Positions 38,317 to 46,441 of a DNA stretch of 64,000 nt are shown here, in pieces; positions within the stretch are counted from its first letter, which is position 1, and each line of letters opens with the position of its first letter. The position numbers were made by a program, and so were the translations under genes. Source of the DNA: Candidatus Omnitrophota bacterium. Lineage in GTDB: Bacteria > Omnitrophota > Gorgyraeia > JABMRG01 > JAFGKX01. The notes below the pieces were generated by a model that saw only the letters and a program-made list of their open reading frames with translations, did no database searches and had not been told where the DNA came from. The stretch covers positions 1,065 through 65,064 of the forward strand of contig JAZDPX010000022.1 in the NCBI GenBank assembly GCA_043797125.1. The letters run 5' to 3'.

Positions 38317-39057
38317 TTACATTACCATACCGCCGTCAACCTTGATTACCTCTCCTGTTATATAGGAAGAGGCCTCGCTAACCAAAAATAACGCCAAATT
38401 AGCTACATCCTTTGCCTCGCCAAACTTGGCCAGCGGAATCACTTCCAGCATTTTTTGTTTCTGCTCATCGTTTAGCTTGTCAGTCATGGCTGTTTTAATA
38501 AAACCAGGCGCGATAGCATTAACATTGATGCCGCGTGAAGCTAATTCCTTTGCCGCGCTCTTGGTTAAACCTATTATGCCTGCTTTGCTTGCCGCGTAAT
38601 TGGCCTGGCCGGCATTGCCCATTATGCCAATTATTGAAGCAATGTTGACAATCTTGCCAAAGCGCTGCTTTATCATCGGCCTTGTTGCTGCCTTTATACA
38701 ATTAAAGGCGCCTTTTAAATTGACGGCTAACACAGCGTCCCAATCAGCTTCCTTCATCCGCATTATCAAAGAATCTCTTGTTATGCCAGCATTGTTGATG
38801 AGTATATCAACTTTTCCTAGATTGTCAAGAACTTTGTTGACCATTTCTTCGACCGAAGAGGCGCTGGTTACGTCAACGATAAAGCTTAAGGCCTTCACAC
38901 CAACTGCCTGTATAGCTTTTTGCGCATCATCAAGGGCCTGTTTGTTGACATCGCAGATAGCTATATTGGCCCCCTCTCTGGCTAAGGTTAATGCAATCTC
39001 CCTGCCAATGCCTTGAGCTGCCCCTGTTATTATAGCTACCTTGTCCTTTAATTGCAT
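38317..39057 (-). CDS. fabG: 3-oxoacyl-ACP reductase
   Basis: TGAAQGIG, NNAGITRD, YAASKAG. Confidence 0.95.
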   Translation of the reverse strand: MQLKDKVAIITGAAQGIGREIALTLAREGANIAICDVNKQALDDAQKAIQAVGVKALSFIVDVTSASSVEEMVNKVLDNLGKVDILINNAGITRDSLIMRMKEADWDAVLAVNLKGAFNCIKAATRPMIKQRFGKIVNIASIIGIMGNAGQANYAASKAGIIGLTKSAAKELASRGINVNAIAPGFIKTAMTDKLNDEQKQKMLEVIPLAKFGEAKDVANLALFLVSEASSYITGEVIKVDGGMVM

Positions 39058-39069
39058 CTGTCGCCTTTA

Positions 39070-39108
39070 ACTATAGACCATCGACCATTGACCACTGACC
39101 ATAGACTA
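39070..39108. repeat. heptamer array (ATAGACC)n upstream of fabG
   Basis: ctatagaccatcgaccattgaccactgaccatagacta. Confidence 0.78.
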
Positions 39109-39109
39109 A

Positions 39110-39457
39110 TTATACGCTTTTTGCCTTTTTTGTTTTTGCGGCTATTTGCGCGCCCAAGCCGCGTATCTGCTTGCGCAGGGAATCTACCTTTGCCCTGGAA
39201 ATACTACCTGTCTTAGCCACCAGTTTCCCCAGTTCGGTATAAAGCCTCTCTTGCTTGGTCTTTAAAATCATTGCCTCAAGCGTAAGCTTGCTTTTTTCGG
39301 AAAAACTCTTTACGTGCTCTTCTCCTTTTTTAATCAAAACCGATGATTCATCCGCTGCCTTTTTTAAATAATCCTTGGTATGCTCCCAAAATTCCTTAAT
39401 ATCTGTCTCCACCTTCTTCATATCAATCTTATTATGCTCCTTTGTATTGCATGCCAT
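39110..39457 (-). CDS. hypothetical helical protein
   Basis: GGAGG 8 nt before the ATG at 39457 (MACNTKEH...); Lys-rich coiled-coil-like sequence. Confidence 0.65.
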   Translation of the reverse strand: MACNTKEHNKIDMKKVETDIKEFWEHTKDYLKKAADESSVLIKKGEEHVKSFSEKSKLTLEAMILKTKQERLYTELGKLVAKTGSISRAKVDSLRKQIRGLGAQIAAKTKKAKSV

Positions 39458-39468
39458 ATTTTTGCCTC

Positions 39469-39488
39469 CCTGCCTGCCGGCGGGCAGG
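39469..39488. repeat. 20-bp palindrome variant cctgcctgccggcgggcagg, copy 3
   Basis: One mismatch to consensus; abuts the SD of 39110..39457. Confidence 0.85.
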
Positions 39489-39555
39489 CTTTTAATTGCA
39501 ATTTGTTTTACTGACCTCATTATTTACTACTATTAACACTATGTCAAGAGAAAAG

Positions 39556-40059
39556 TTAATGAGCAATAAAAATATTATATATAATTCCCTTGCCTGCTAA
39601 TACTACAGCTGTCACTATCGCTGCTGCTGCGATAACTCCTGCAACTATAGCTGCCAAGGCATATCTAAATCTAATCTTGAATAATGTGGCTGCCAGGCAG
39701 CCTGACCACGCCCCTGTCATAGGCAGGGGAACCGCGACAAATAACGCCAGGCCCAATGCCTCGTATTTTTCGATAAGCGACGCCTTTTGTTTTGTTCTTT
39801 CGTTTAGCCAGTCGAAAAATCTCCTTAACAAAGGAAATCTTCTTAAATAATTTGACACAGGCTCGAACAAAAACAATGCCGGGATAACGGGAAAAATATT
39901 TCCTGCTATAGAAAAAAACAGCACCCTTTTAATCGGCATAGACACTGCCACGCCGAACGGTATAGCGCCCCTTACCTCGGAAATAGGCAGAACGCCTAAA
40001 ATGAATACGATAACTTCGTTTGGCAAGTTGGATAAAATATTTAGTATATGCTCTATCAT
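39556..40059 (-). CDS. small multidrug export family membrane protein (COG2426-like)
   Basis: LPISEVRGAIP, FVAVPLPMTGAWSG; start taken at MIEHIL. Confidence 0.85.
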   Translation of the reverse strand: MIEHILNILSNLPNEVIVFILGVLPISEVRGAIPFGVAVSMPIKRVLFFSIAGNIFPVIPALFLFEPVSNYLRRFPLLRRFFDWLNERTKQKASLIEKYEALGLALFVAVPLPMTGAWSGCLAATLFKIRFRYALAAIVAGVIAAAAIVTAVVLAGKGIIYNIFIAH

Positions 40060-40107
40060 GGCTTTGTGCTTTGAGCTATGCGCTATGGGCTTTGTGCTTT
40101 GGGCTAT
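40060..40107. repeat. heptamer array (GCT(T/A)TG(N))n
   Basis: gctttgt gctttga gctatgc gctatgg gctttgt gcttt. Confidence 0.75.
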
Positions 40108-40757
40108 TCTCTTATCCCGTATTTTCCTACTAATGGGACAAATGCGCAACCACAAATCTCTTCTTCGTTAAATTTTTCTTTTTGCTTCCTTATAATTGTT
40201 AAAACCTGCGAAAAACTACCACCTATTGGTATGGCAAGCCTGCCTGTCTCTTTTAGCTGGGCCTTTAAAGGTTCCGGGGCAAAATTAGCCGCGCAGGTAA
40301 CCATTATCGCGTCGTATGGCGCAAACTCCTGCCACCCGATACTTCCATCCGCAACTTTTAATTTTATATTCGTATAACTAAGCTCTTGCAAAACTTTTTC
40401 CGAGCGTTCTTTTAATATTGAAAACCTCTCTATGGAATAAACCTCTTTTGCCAATTCCGCCAATATAGCTGCCTGGTAACCGCTGCCTGTGCCTATCTCC
40501 AAAACTTTATCGCTCTTTTTAATATACAGGCACTGAGTCATCAACGCAACCATATAAGGCTGAGAAATAGTCTGGCCTTCGCCTATGCTTATGGGATAGT
40601 CTTGGTAAGCTTCGCTTATATATTTTTCAGGCACGAATTTATGCCGTGGAACTTTCAAGAATGCATCGAGCACCCTTTTGTCGGTTAAGCCCCTTGCGGA
40701 TAACTGCTCCGTGACCATATCGATCCTTTCCTGCTCATAGTCAATTATCTTTTTCAT
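40104..40757 (-). CDS. pcm: protein-L-isoaspartate O-methyltransferase
   Basis: GQTISQPYMVA, VLEIGTGSGYQAA, APYDAIMVT. Confidence 0.95.
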   Translation of the reverse strand: MKKIIDYEQERIDMVTEQLSARGLTDKRVLDAFLKVPRHKFVPEKYISEAYQDYPISIGEGQTISQPYMVALMTQCLYIKKSDKVLEIGTGSGYQAAILAELAKEVYSIERFSILKERSEKVLQELSYTNIKLKVADGSIGWQEFAPYDAIMVTCAANFAPEPLKAQLKETGRLAIPIGGSFSQVLTIIRKQKEKFNEEEICGCAFVPLVGKYGIRE

Positions 40758-41425
40758 TTTTCTCGCATTATCCCTGCCAAAAATCTTATAAACCTTAATG
40801 TGTCTATAACGGGATTTATGTTGCTTTTCTCGTTGGCATATATCGATTTTATCGGTATTGAGGCTATCTTGAATCCAACCTTTGCGGCCTTAACCAAAAT
40901 TTCTGATTCTATTTCGAATTTTTTGCTTTTAATGCTGATGTTTTTTAACACGTCTTTTTTGATAAGTTTATAACCGCATTGCGTATCGGGTATCTGTTGC
41001 TTGCATAAAGCCGATATTAATGAGGACATGAACCTGTTTGTGCAGATTCTCACAAGCGGCATTTTTCCATAGTTGATCAGCCTGTTGCCAATTATTACGC
41101 CGGTTGCATGGTCGGTATTTGCTACGCTTATAAATGAAGGTATCTCGTCAGGATTATGCTGGCCGTCGGAATCTATAGTAATGATGTAATCATAGCCGCT
41201 GGCCATTGCCCAATCAAGGCCGTCTTTTAAAGACGCGCCCTTGCCTTTTCTTGTATCGTGCGTTAAGATAACCGCGCCGCTTGCTTTAGCAAGCCTGGCG
41301 GTATTATCTTCTGAGCCGTCATCAATAACAACTACATCGATATTATATTTCATAACGCCTCTTATAACACCGACTATATTCTTTTCCTCATTATGCGCAG
41401 GCATTACCGCGCAGATCTTTTTCAT
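40754..41425 (-). CDS. glycosyltransferase family 2 (DPM-synthase-like)
   Basis: MPAHNEE, VIDDGSED, DSDGQH, DTQCGYK. Confidence 0.92.
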   Translation of the reverse strand: MKKICAVMPAHNEEKNIVGVIRGVMKYNIDVVVIDDGSEDNTARLAKASGAVILTHDTRKGKGASLKDGLDWAMASGYDYIITIDSDGQHNPDEIPSFISVANTDHATGVIIGNRLINYGKMPLVRICTNRFMSSLISALCKQQIPDTQCGYKLIKKDVLKNISIKSKKFEIESEILVKAAKVGFKIASIPIKSIYANEKSNINPVIDTLRFIRFLAGIMREK

Positions 41426-42291
41426 AACTTCCAGCCTATTCTCTCCCAGAACCTGCGAAAGACATACCATTGCTCGGGATATTTGCGTATAACATCTTCT
41501 AAAATTCCTAAATAAGCAAGCGTTAAGCGCCTCAGGTCCCTGTCGGTATCTCCCGAAATATTATATTCAAGCGGGGGATAAACTTTATATAAAAATGTAT
41601 TGTTGTGATTTCTAATTAAAAATAAAGGTACAATAGGAGAACCAAAGCGCATGCTCAACACCGCCGGGCCTTTCGGGATAAGGGTTTTTTTCTTAAAAAA
41701 CGGCATTTGCACGCCGTTATCAAAATAATCCCTGTCACCTACCAATGCCAACATATTATTTTCCGAAAGGCATTTAAAACAACGCCTTAGCGCCCCGCCG
41801 ACAGGTATTGGTTTTACGCCAAAGGACTCTCTTCTGCTGTTAAAAAAAGTATCTATTTTTTTATGCCTGTGCTTTAAAACAACGGCGTTTAACGGGTATC
41901 CTAACTTTGCCAAAACCGCAGCGCCTAATTCCCAATTGCCGAGATGCGCAGACACAAGGATAACCCCGCGGCCCTTTTTCAATGCGTTGTCTAAATGCTC
42001 AAAGCCTTCACATTTAATATTTTCTTTAATGAAGGCTTCATCCATAAGAGGAAATCTAAAAAAATCCACCAGATACTTGCAGAAATTCGCAAAGACCTCT
42101 TTTGACATAAGGCGTACTTTGTCTTCAGCTAAGGAGGGAAAAATGGCCTTTAGGTTGTCGCAGACAGCATGCCTGTCTCTAAACGAAAAAAACGAATAAA
42201 ACCTTCCGAGCCAAGAGGCTATTTTGTACGCTCTTTTTAAACTTACGCGCAGTGAAATAAAAATAAATATATTATAGATAAAAAATAGCAT
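41422..42291 (-). CDS. lipid A/lysophospholipid acyltransferase (LpxL/PatA-like)
   Basis: SAHLGNWE, LVGDR, IRKYPEQWY. Confidence 0.88.
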   Translation of the reverse strand: MLFFIYNIFIFISLRVSLKRAYKIASWLGRFYSFFSFRDRHAVCDNLKAIFPSLAEDKVRLMSKEVFANFCKYLVDFFRFPLMDEAFIKENIKCEGFEHLDNALKKGRGVILVSAHLGNWELGAAVLAKLGYPLNAVVLKHRHKKIDTFFNSRRESFGVKPIPVGGALRRCFKCLSENNMLALVGDRDYFDNGVQMPFFKKKTLIPKGPAVLSMRFGSPIVPLFLIRNHNNTFLYKVYPPLEYNISGDTDRDLRRLTLAYLGILEDVIRKYPEQWYVFRRFWERIGWKL

Positions 42292-42295
42292 AAGG

Positions 42296-43408
42296 TTACA
42301 GGTTTAAAATCATCCTCGCAATGTCCATGGAAGATTCAGGCTTGCCGATTTTAGAAGCTGCGGCTGACATGGCTTTCAGCTTATAGGGCATGGAGAATAA
42401 ATTCTCCAAAAGGGCTAAGAGTTCTGCCTCGTTTTCCGCCTTGACAGCTGCGCCGTGTTTTATTAGAAACTTTGTGTTTTTGGCTTCCTGCCCGGGTATG
42501 GGGTTTACTATTATTATTGGCAAAGACTTTGCCAGGGCTTCAGATACGGTTATACCTCCCGGCTTTGTAATAAGAATATCGGAAACCTGCATAAGCTCGT
42601 CTATGTTATCGGTATATCCCAGGGGGATTAATTTCTTTTTGTAGCGTCTTGCCCTTTTTATCAGCCACTTGTGCAGTTTTATGTTTGTTCCGGCAACAAC
42701 CATAACCTGAACCTGGGGCTTAAGCCTTTCTAAAGATGAGATAACAACCTTTATGGGCCCCAGCCCGCCTCCGCCGCCCATCACCAATACAACAGGCCCG
42801 TTGGAATTAAGGCCGAATTTTGCCTTTAAGTCCTGGATGTCGGCCTTTTTCGCAAATTTTATATCTATCGGGATTCCTACAATACTTATCTTTTCCTGCG
42901 GTATTCCGTCCTGTATGAACCTGTCTTTTGCCTCTTCGGAAGCCACAGTATATCTGTCGACAGATTCGTACATCCAGTATGAGTGCGGATAAAAATCTGT
43001 TAAGACTCCGACAAGGGAAACGCCCAGGTTAAAAGTTTTTTTCAAATCAGCAACCATGCCGCAGGGAAAGGCCTGCGTAGCTACGACAACATCGGGTTTA
43101 AAATCATCAAGAAGCGCCGTAAGTTTTTTATTGTTGAATCTATGAATCGCGTCTTTGAGCATCTGTGTGTTTTTTACAACCTTAGGGTTGTCATACAAAT
43201 ACTCCCACACTTCCGGCGTGCGCTTTATGATGCCCATATATGTTCTGTTTATTATCTTTTCCAGGATGGGGTTTGTGTAATTAAACGAATTTACACTCAT
43301 GGTTACTACATCGGGCCTCAACAATTTAAGGGCGTTTTCAATGGCGCAAACAGCCTTATGATGGCCTGATGAAACAGTTATATAAAGCAGTAATACCCGT
43401 TTTGGCAT
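42296..43408 (-). CDS. diacylglycerol glycosyltransferase (MGDG synthase/UgtP-like, GT28)
   Basis: SSGHHKA, VLTDF, MGGGGGLG, ITKPGGIT, PIPGQEAKN. Confidence 0.9.
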   Translation of the reverse strand: MPKRVLLLYITVSSGHHKAVCAIENALKLLRPDVVTMSVNSFNYTNPILEKIINRTYMGIIKRTPEVWEYLYDNPKVVKNTQMLKDAIHRFNNKKLTALLDDFKPDVVVATQAFPCGMVADLKKTFNLGVSLVGVLTDFYPHSYWMYESVDRYTVASEEAKDRFIQDGIPQEKISIVGIPIDIKFAKKADIQDLKAKFGLNSNGPVVLVMGGGGGLGPIKVVISSLERLKPQVQVMVVAGTNIKLHKWLIKRARRYKKKLIPLGYTDNIDELMQVSDILITKPGGITVSEALAKSLPIIIVNPIPGQEAKNTKFLIKHGAAVKAENEAELLALLENLFSMPYKLKAMSAAASKIGKPESSMDIARMILNL

Positions 43409-43422
43409 ATTTTTTATATAAA

Positions 43423-43474
43423 AAGGGAGAAGTTTCTACTTCCTGAATTTTCAATCAGTAGAACCTTCTCCCTT
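43423..43474. repeat. REP-like inverted repeat
   Basis: aagggagaagtttctact ... agtagaaccttctccctt, 18-bp arms with one mismatch. Confidence 0.7.
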
Positions 43475-43502
43475 ATCTGATTATTCATTTTACAAATTGT
43501 TA

Positions 43503-44696
43503 CTAGCTTTCAGCCTTTAGCAGTTTGGCTATTTTGTCGACTGCCTTTTTTAGCTTTTCCTCGTTTTCAACTAACGCAAACCTTACATAGCCTTCACCAT
43601 ACTCGCCGAAACCAGTTCCCGGGGCAGAGACAACACCTGCTTCTTTTACTAAAAGCGATGAAAATTCCATTGATGTAAGAGCGTTAAATTTAGGCGGTAT
43701 ATGAGCCCATACATAAAAGGTTGCTTTTGGTTTTGGTATTTTCCATCCAATATTGTTTAGCCCGTCGACAAATACGTCACGCCTTTGTTTATAAACCTCT
43801 ACCATCTCTTTTATGCAATCCTGCGGCCCGGTTAAAGCCTTTACCGCAGCCAACTGTACGGCCCTGAATATGCCAAAATCTATATAACTTTTTGCCTTGG
43901 CCAAAGAAGCGAGAATCGCGGCATTGCCGACAGCAAAACCTATTCTCCAACCTGCCATATTATATGACTTTGAAAGGGTATGAAACTCTATTAAAGGCAG
44001 ATCCTTTGCACCAGCAACCTCTAAAATGCTCGGAGCTTTGTAGCCGTCAAATACAATATCGGAGTAAGTCAAATCATGGGCAATTATGAAATTTTTATCC
44101 TTTGCCCACGCGACTACTCGCTTGAAGAAATCTATATCCACCACAGCCGTCGTAGGATTGTGAGGATAGCTTAAAAAAAGCAATTTTGTCATACGCAATA
44201 TTTCACTGCTTAAATTCCACAGGTCGGGCTTAAACCCATGTTCTGCGGTCATGGGAATATTATAAAGTATGCCGCCTGCCATTATAACGCCGTTAAAATG
44301 CACCGGGTAGGCCGGGCTGGGCACAAGCGCTATGTCATCGTGATTTAAGAAAGCCAGCGAAAGATGGGCTACCCCTTCTTTGGAGCCTATCAAAGGAAGG
44401 GTCTCGGTAGCAGGGTCAAGGTCCACATTAAACCTTTGCTTATACCACTTGGCTATTGCTTCGCGCAATAATTTTTCCGGCGCGCCGTTAGGCCTTGAAT
44501 ATCTCTGGTTTTCCGTTACCCTTGCCTGCTTGCATAACTCATCTACTACGTGTTTAGGCGTAGGCAGATCATGGCTGCCCATGCCAAGATCAATTATCTC
44601 CAACCCACCGGCTCTTGCTTCCTCTTTAAGGCCGTCGAGTATTGTAAAAAGATATAACGGAAGCCTGCGCATTCTGTTTGCTTCGTGTATAGACAT
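43503..44696 (-). CDS. class I/II PLP aminotransferase (LL-DAP aminotransferase/AlaC-like)
   Basis: GSKEG, YPHNPT, HDLTY, TLSKSYNMAGWRIG, GEGYVRFAL. Confidence 0.9.
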   Translation of the reverse strand: MSIHEANRMRRLPLYLFTILDGLKEEARAGGLEIIDLGMGSHDLPTPKHVVDELCKQARVTENQRYSRPNGAPEKLLREAIAKWYKQRFNVDLDPATETLPLIGSKEGVAHLSLAFLNHDDIALVPSPAYPVHFNGVIMAGGILYNIPMTAEHGFKPDLWNLSSEILRMTKLLFLSYPHNPTTAVVDIDFFKRVVAWAKDKNFIIAHDLTYSDIVFDGYKAPSILEVAGAKDLPLIEFHTLSKSYNMAGWRIGFAVGNAAILASLAKAKSYIDFGIFRAVQLAAVKALTGPQDCIKEMVEVYKQRRDVFVDGLNNIGWKIPKPKATFYVWAHIPPKFNALTSMEFSSLLVKEAGVVSAPGTGFGEYGEGYVRFALVENEEKLKKAVDKIAKLLKAES

Positions 44697-44697
44697 T

Positions 44698-44937
44698 TCA
44701 TTCCCCTTTTGTTTCAATTACAGCTATTGTTTTACCTACTTTTGCCATTTCACCTTCTTTGCATAAAATTTCTTTTAAGATGCCGCCTGTAGGTGCAGGC
44801 ACATTGAACGTTGCCTTATCTGTAATCATCTCAACCAGGTCATCGCCTTCGTTGACCTTTGCACCTTCATCAACATGCCAGAACGATACTGTTGCTTCAA
44901 TAACGCCCTCGCCTATTTCAGGTAACACTACTTTCAT
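44698..44937 (-). CDS. stand-alone lipoyl-domain protein
   Basis: LPEIGEGV, TDKA lipoylation motif, 79 aa. Confidence 0.9.
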   Translation of the reverse strand: MKVVLPEIGEGVIEATVSFWHVDEGAKVNEGDDLVEMITDKATFNVPAPTGGILKEILCKEGEMAKVGKTIAVIETKGE

Positions 44938-45790
44938 ATACCTCCATTGCCTCCTTGTATGCTTCCCTGGCCTTATACGAACTTCGTATAAACGGCCCGC
45001 TTAAAATCGATTTAAATCCTATGCACTCAGCAAAACTTTTGTAAAATTCGAACTGCTCTGGCGTAATGTATTCCTGCACATCCACACAAGCGTGATCAGG
45101 TTTTAGATACTGGCCTATTGTTAATACGTCGCAATCTACGCATTTTAAATCCTTAATAGCTGCTAAAACTTCCTGCCTTGTCTCGCCAAGTCCTAGTATT
45201 ATACCACTTTTTGTTAAAATGTCACTGTTGTTTTTTATAAATTTTAAAACAAAAAGAGAATCCTCATATTTTGCCTGCGGCCTTATTTTGCCGTACAGGC
45301 GCGGGACGGTCTCAATATTGTGCGCAAAAACATCGGGCCGTACCTGTATTATTTTGTTCAACAGAGTTTTGTCTGCTTTAAAATCAGGAGTCAGAATTTC
45401 TATTTTTATCCCGGGATTAAAAACCCTTACAGCTTCAATTGTATTTACAAAATACTCAGCTCCCGCGTCATCAATGTCATCGCGCGTAACTGATGTAATA
45501 ACTACATACTTAAGGCCTAGGTCTTTTACCGCATGGGCTATTCTTTGAGGCTCATCTGAATCCGGCGCCTGGGGCATACCGGTTTTCACTGAACAAAAAC
45601 CGCAGTTTCTAGTGCAGGTATTGCCCAGTATCATAAATGTAGCTTCCCTGTTTTGGAAGCACTCGCCGATATTCGGGCACCTTGCGCTCTGGCATACGGT
45701 GTGCAGGTTGTGGTTTTTTAGAAGCTCGTTCATCCGCTCTATCGCTTCTGTCGGCAAGGGCCTCTTGAGCCACTCCGGAAATGCGTTCAT
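44918..45790 (-). CDS. lipA: lipoyl synthase
   Basis: CQSARCPNIGEC, CTRNCGFC, TSVTRDD, IRSSY. Confidence 0.96.
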   Translation of the reverse strand: MNAFPEWLKRPLPTEAIERMNELLKNHNLHTVCQSARCPNIGECFQNREATFMILGNTCTRNCGFCSVKTGMPQAPDSDEPQRIAHAVKDLGLKYVVITSVTRDDIDDAGAEYFVNTIEAVRVFNPGIKIEILTPDFKADKTLLNKIIQVRPDVFAHNIETVPRLYGKIRPQAKYEDSLFVLKFIKNNSDILTKSGIILGLGETRQEVLAAIKDLKCVDCDVLTIGQYLKPDHACVDVQEYITPEQFEFYKSFAECIGFKSILSGPFIRSSYKAREAYKEAMEVYESSVT

Positions 45791-45816
45791 TTGTTAAAAC
45801 TTTTATCCTTCCATGT

Positions 45817-45880
45817 TTACAGGCTTAAGGCCTTGCCGAAAAAACACGCTTCAGATTTGGGCAAAGCCTTAAGCCTGTAA
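45817..45880. repeat. short family-B-related hairpin upstream of lipA
   Basis: 15-bp inverted repeat TTACAGGCTTAAGGC enclosing aaaaacacgcttcagatttgggcaa, shared with 49849..49911 and the family B end. Confidence 0.8.
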
Positions 45881-45918
45881 TCATAAACAAGAGTATGTGT
45901 TTAGCATAACTTGTTATT

Positions 45919-46197
45919 TTAATGCGCCTGGGCGATTCTATGAATAACTTCGGAGATAAATGTCTGATATTTAATACCGAGCTGGCGGGCTCTATGTTTA
46001 ATGCTTGTCAGGTCGCGGCTGTTTACCCTGATATTTAAAACTGCGTCTTTTTTTCTTGCCGCCACAGCCTTAGCAATAATTGCCAATTCATCCTTGCCTA
46101 CATCTATATACTCGCCCTTTAAAAGGCTCTCTTCAATAGCTTTCTCTTGTCTTGTGAGATTGATTTTCCCCGTGTTATTTTTCATTTGTGTAGACAA
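45919..46197 (-). CDS. orphan CopG/BrnA-like RHH antitoxin
   Basis: KKDAVLNIRVNSRDL..IK.RA...GIKYQTFI. Confidence 0.78.
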   Translation of the reverse strand: MSTQMKNNTGKINLTRQEKAIEESLLKGEYIDVGKDELAIIAKAVAARKKDAVLNIRVNSRDLTSIKHRARQLGIKYQTFISEVIHRIAQAH

Positions 46198-46296
46198 TTG
46201 TATATTATTATGCTGCTGATATCAAGTTTTATTCCGAAAATACGTAATAGTTCAGCCACTGTAAGTATCTCGACTCGGACGTAGCTGAGGCTTAAG

Positions 46297-46316
46297 CCTA
46301 CCTACCGGCAGGCAGG
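46297..46316. repeat. 20-bp palindrome variant cctacctaccggcaggcagg, copy 4
   Basis: Two mismatches to consensus. Confidence 0.82.
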
Positions 46317-46405
46317 CTGTCTATCGTCTAGGGCGGGTCCTGTCTGGCGCCAATATATAACGGGGTTAATACTAACATAACAGTATTATTTGTCAAGAAA
46401 AACTC

Positions 46406-46441
46406 TTGACCTTTCGGTTTATTTTCGGTATATTGTAAACT
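46406..46441 (+). promoter_or_regulatory. leaderless sigma70 promoter with a candidate LexA direct-repeat box
   Basis: TTGACC(46406-11)-17-TATATT(46429-34), ATG at 46442; TTCGG-N6-TTCGG at 46413..46428. Confidence 0.75.

Noticed and set aside
35467-39108. Possible CRISPR arrays in the short-repeat regions
   Set aside because: Units are 7-9 bp and tandem with no unique spacers, and there are no cas genes.
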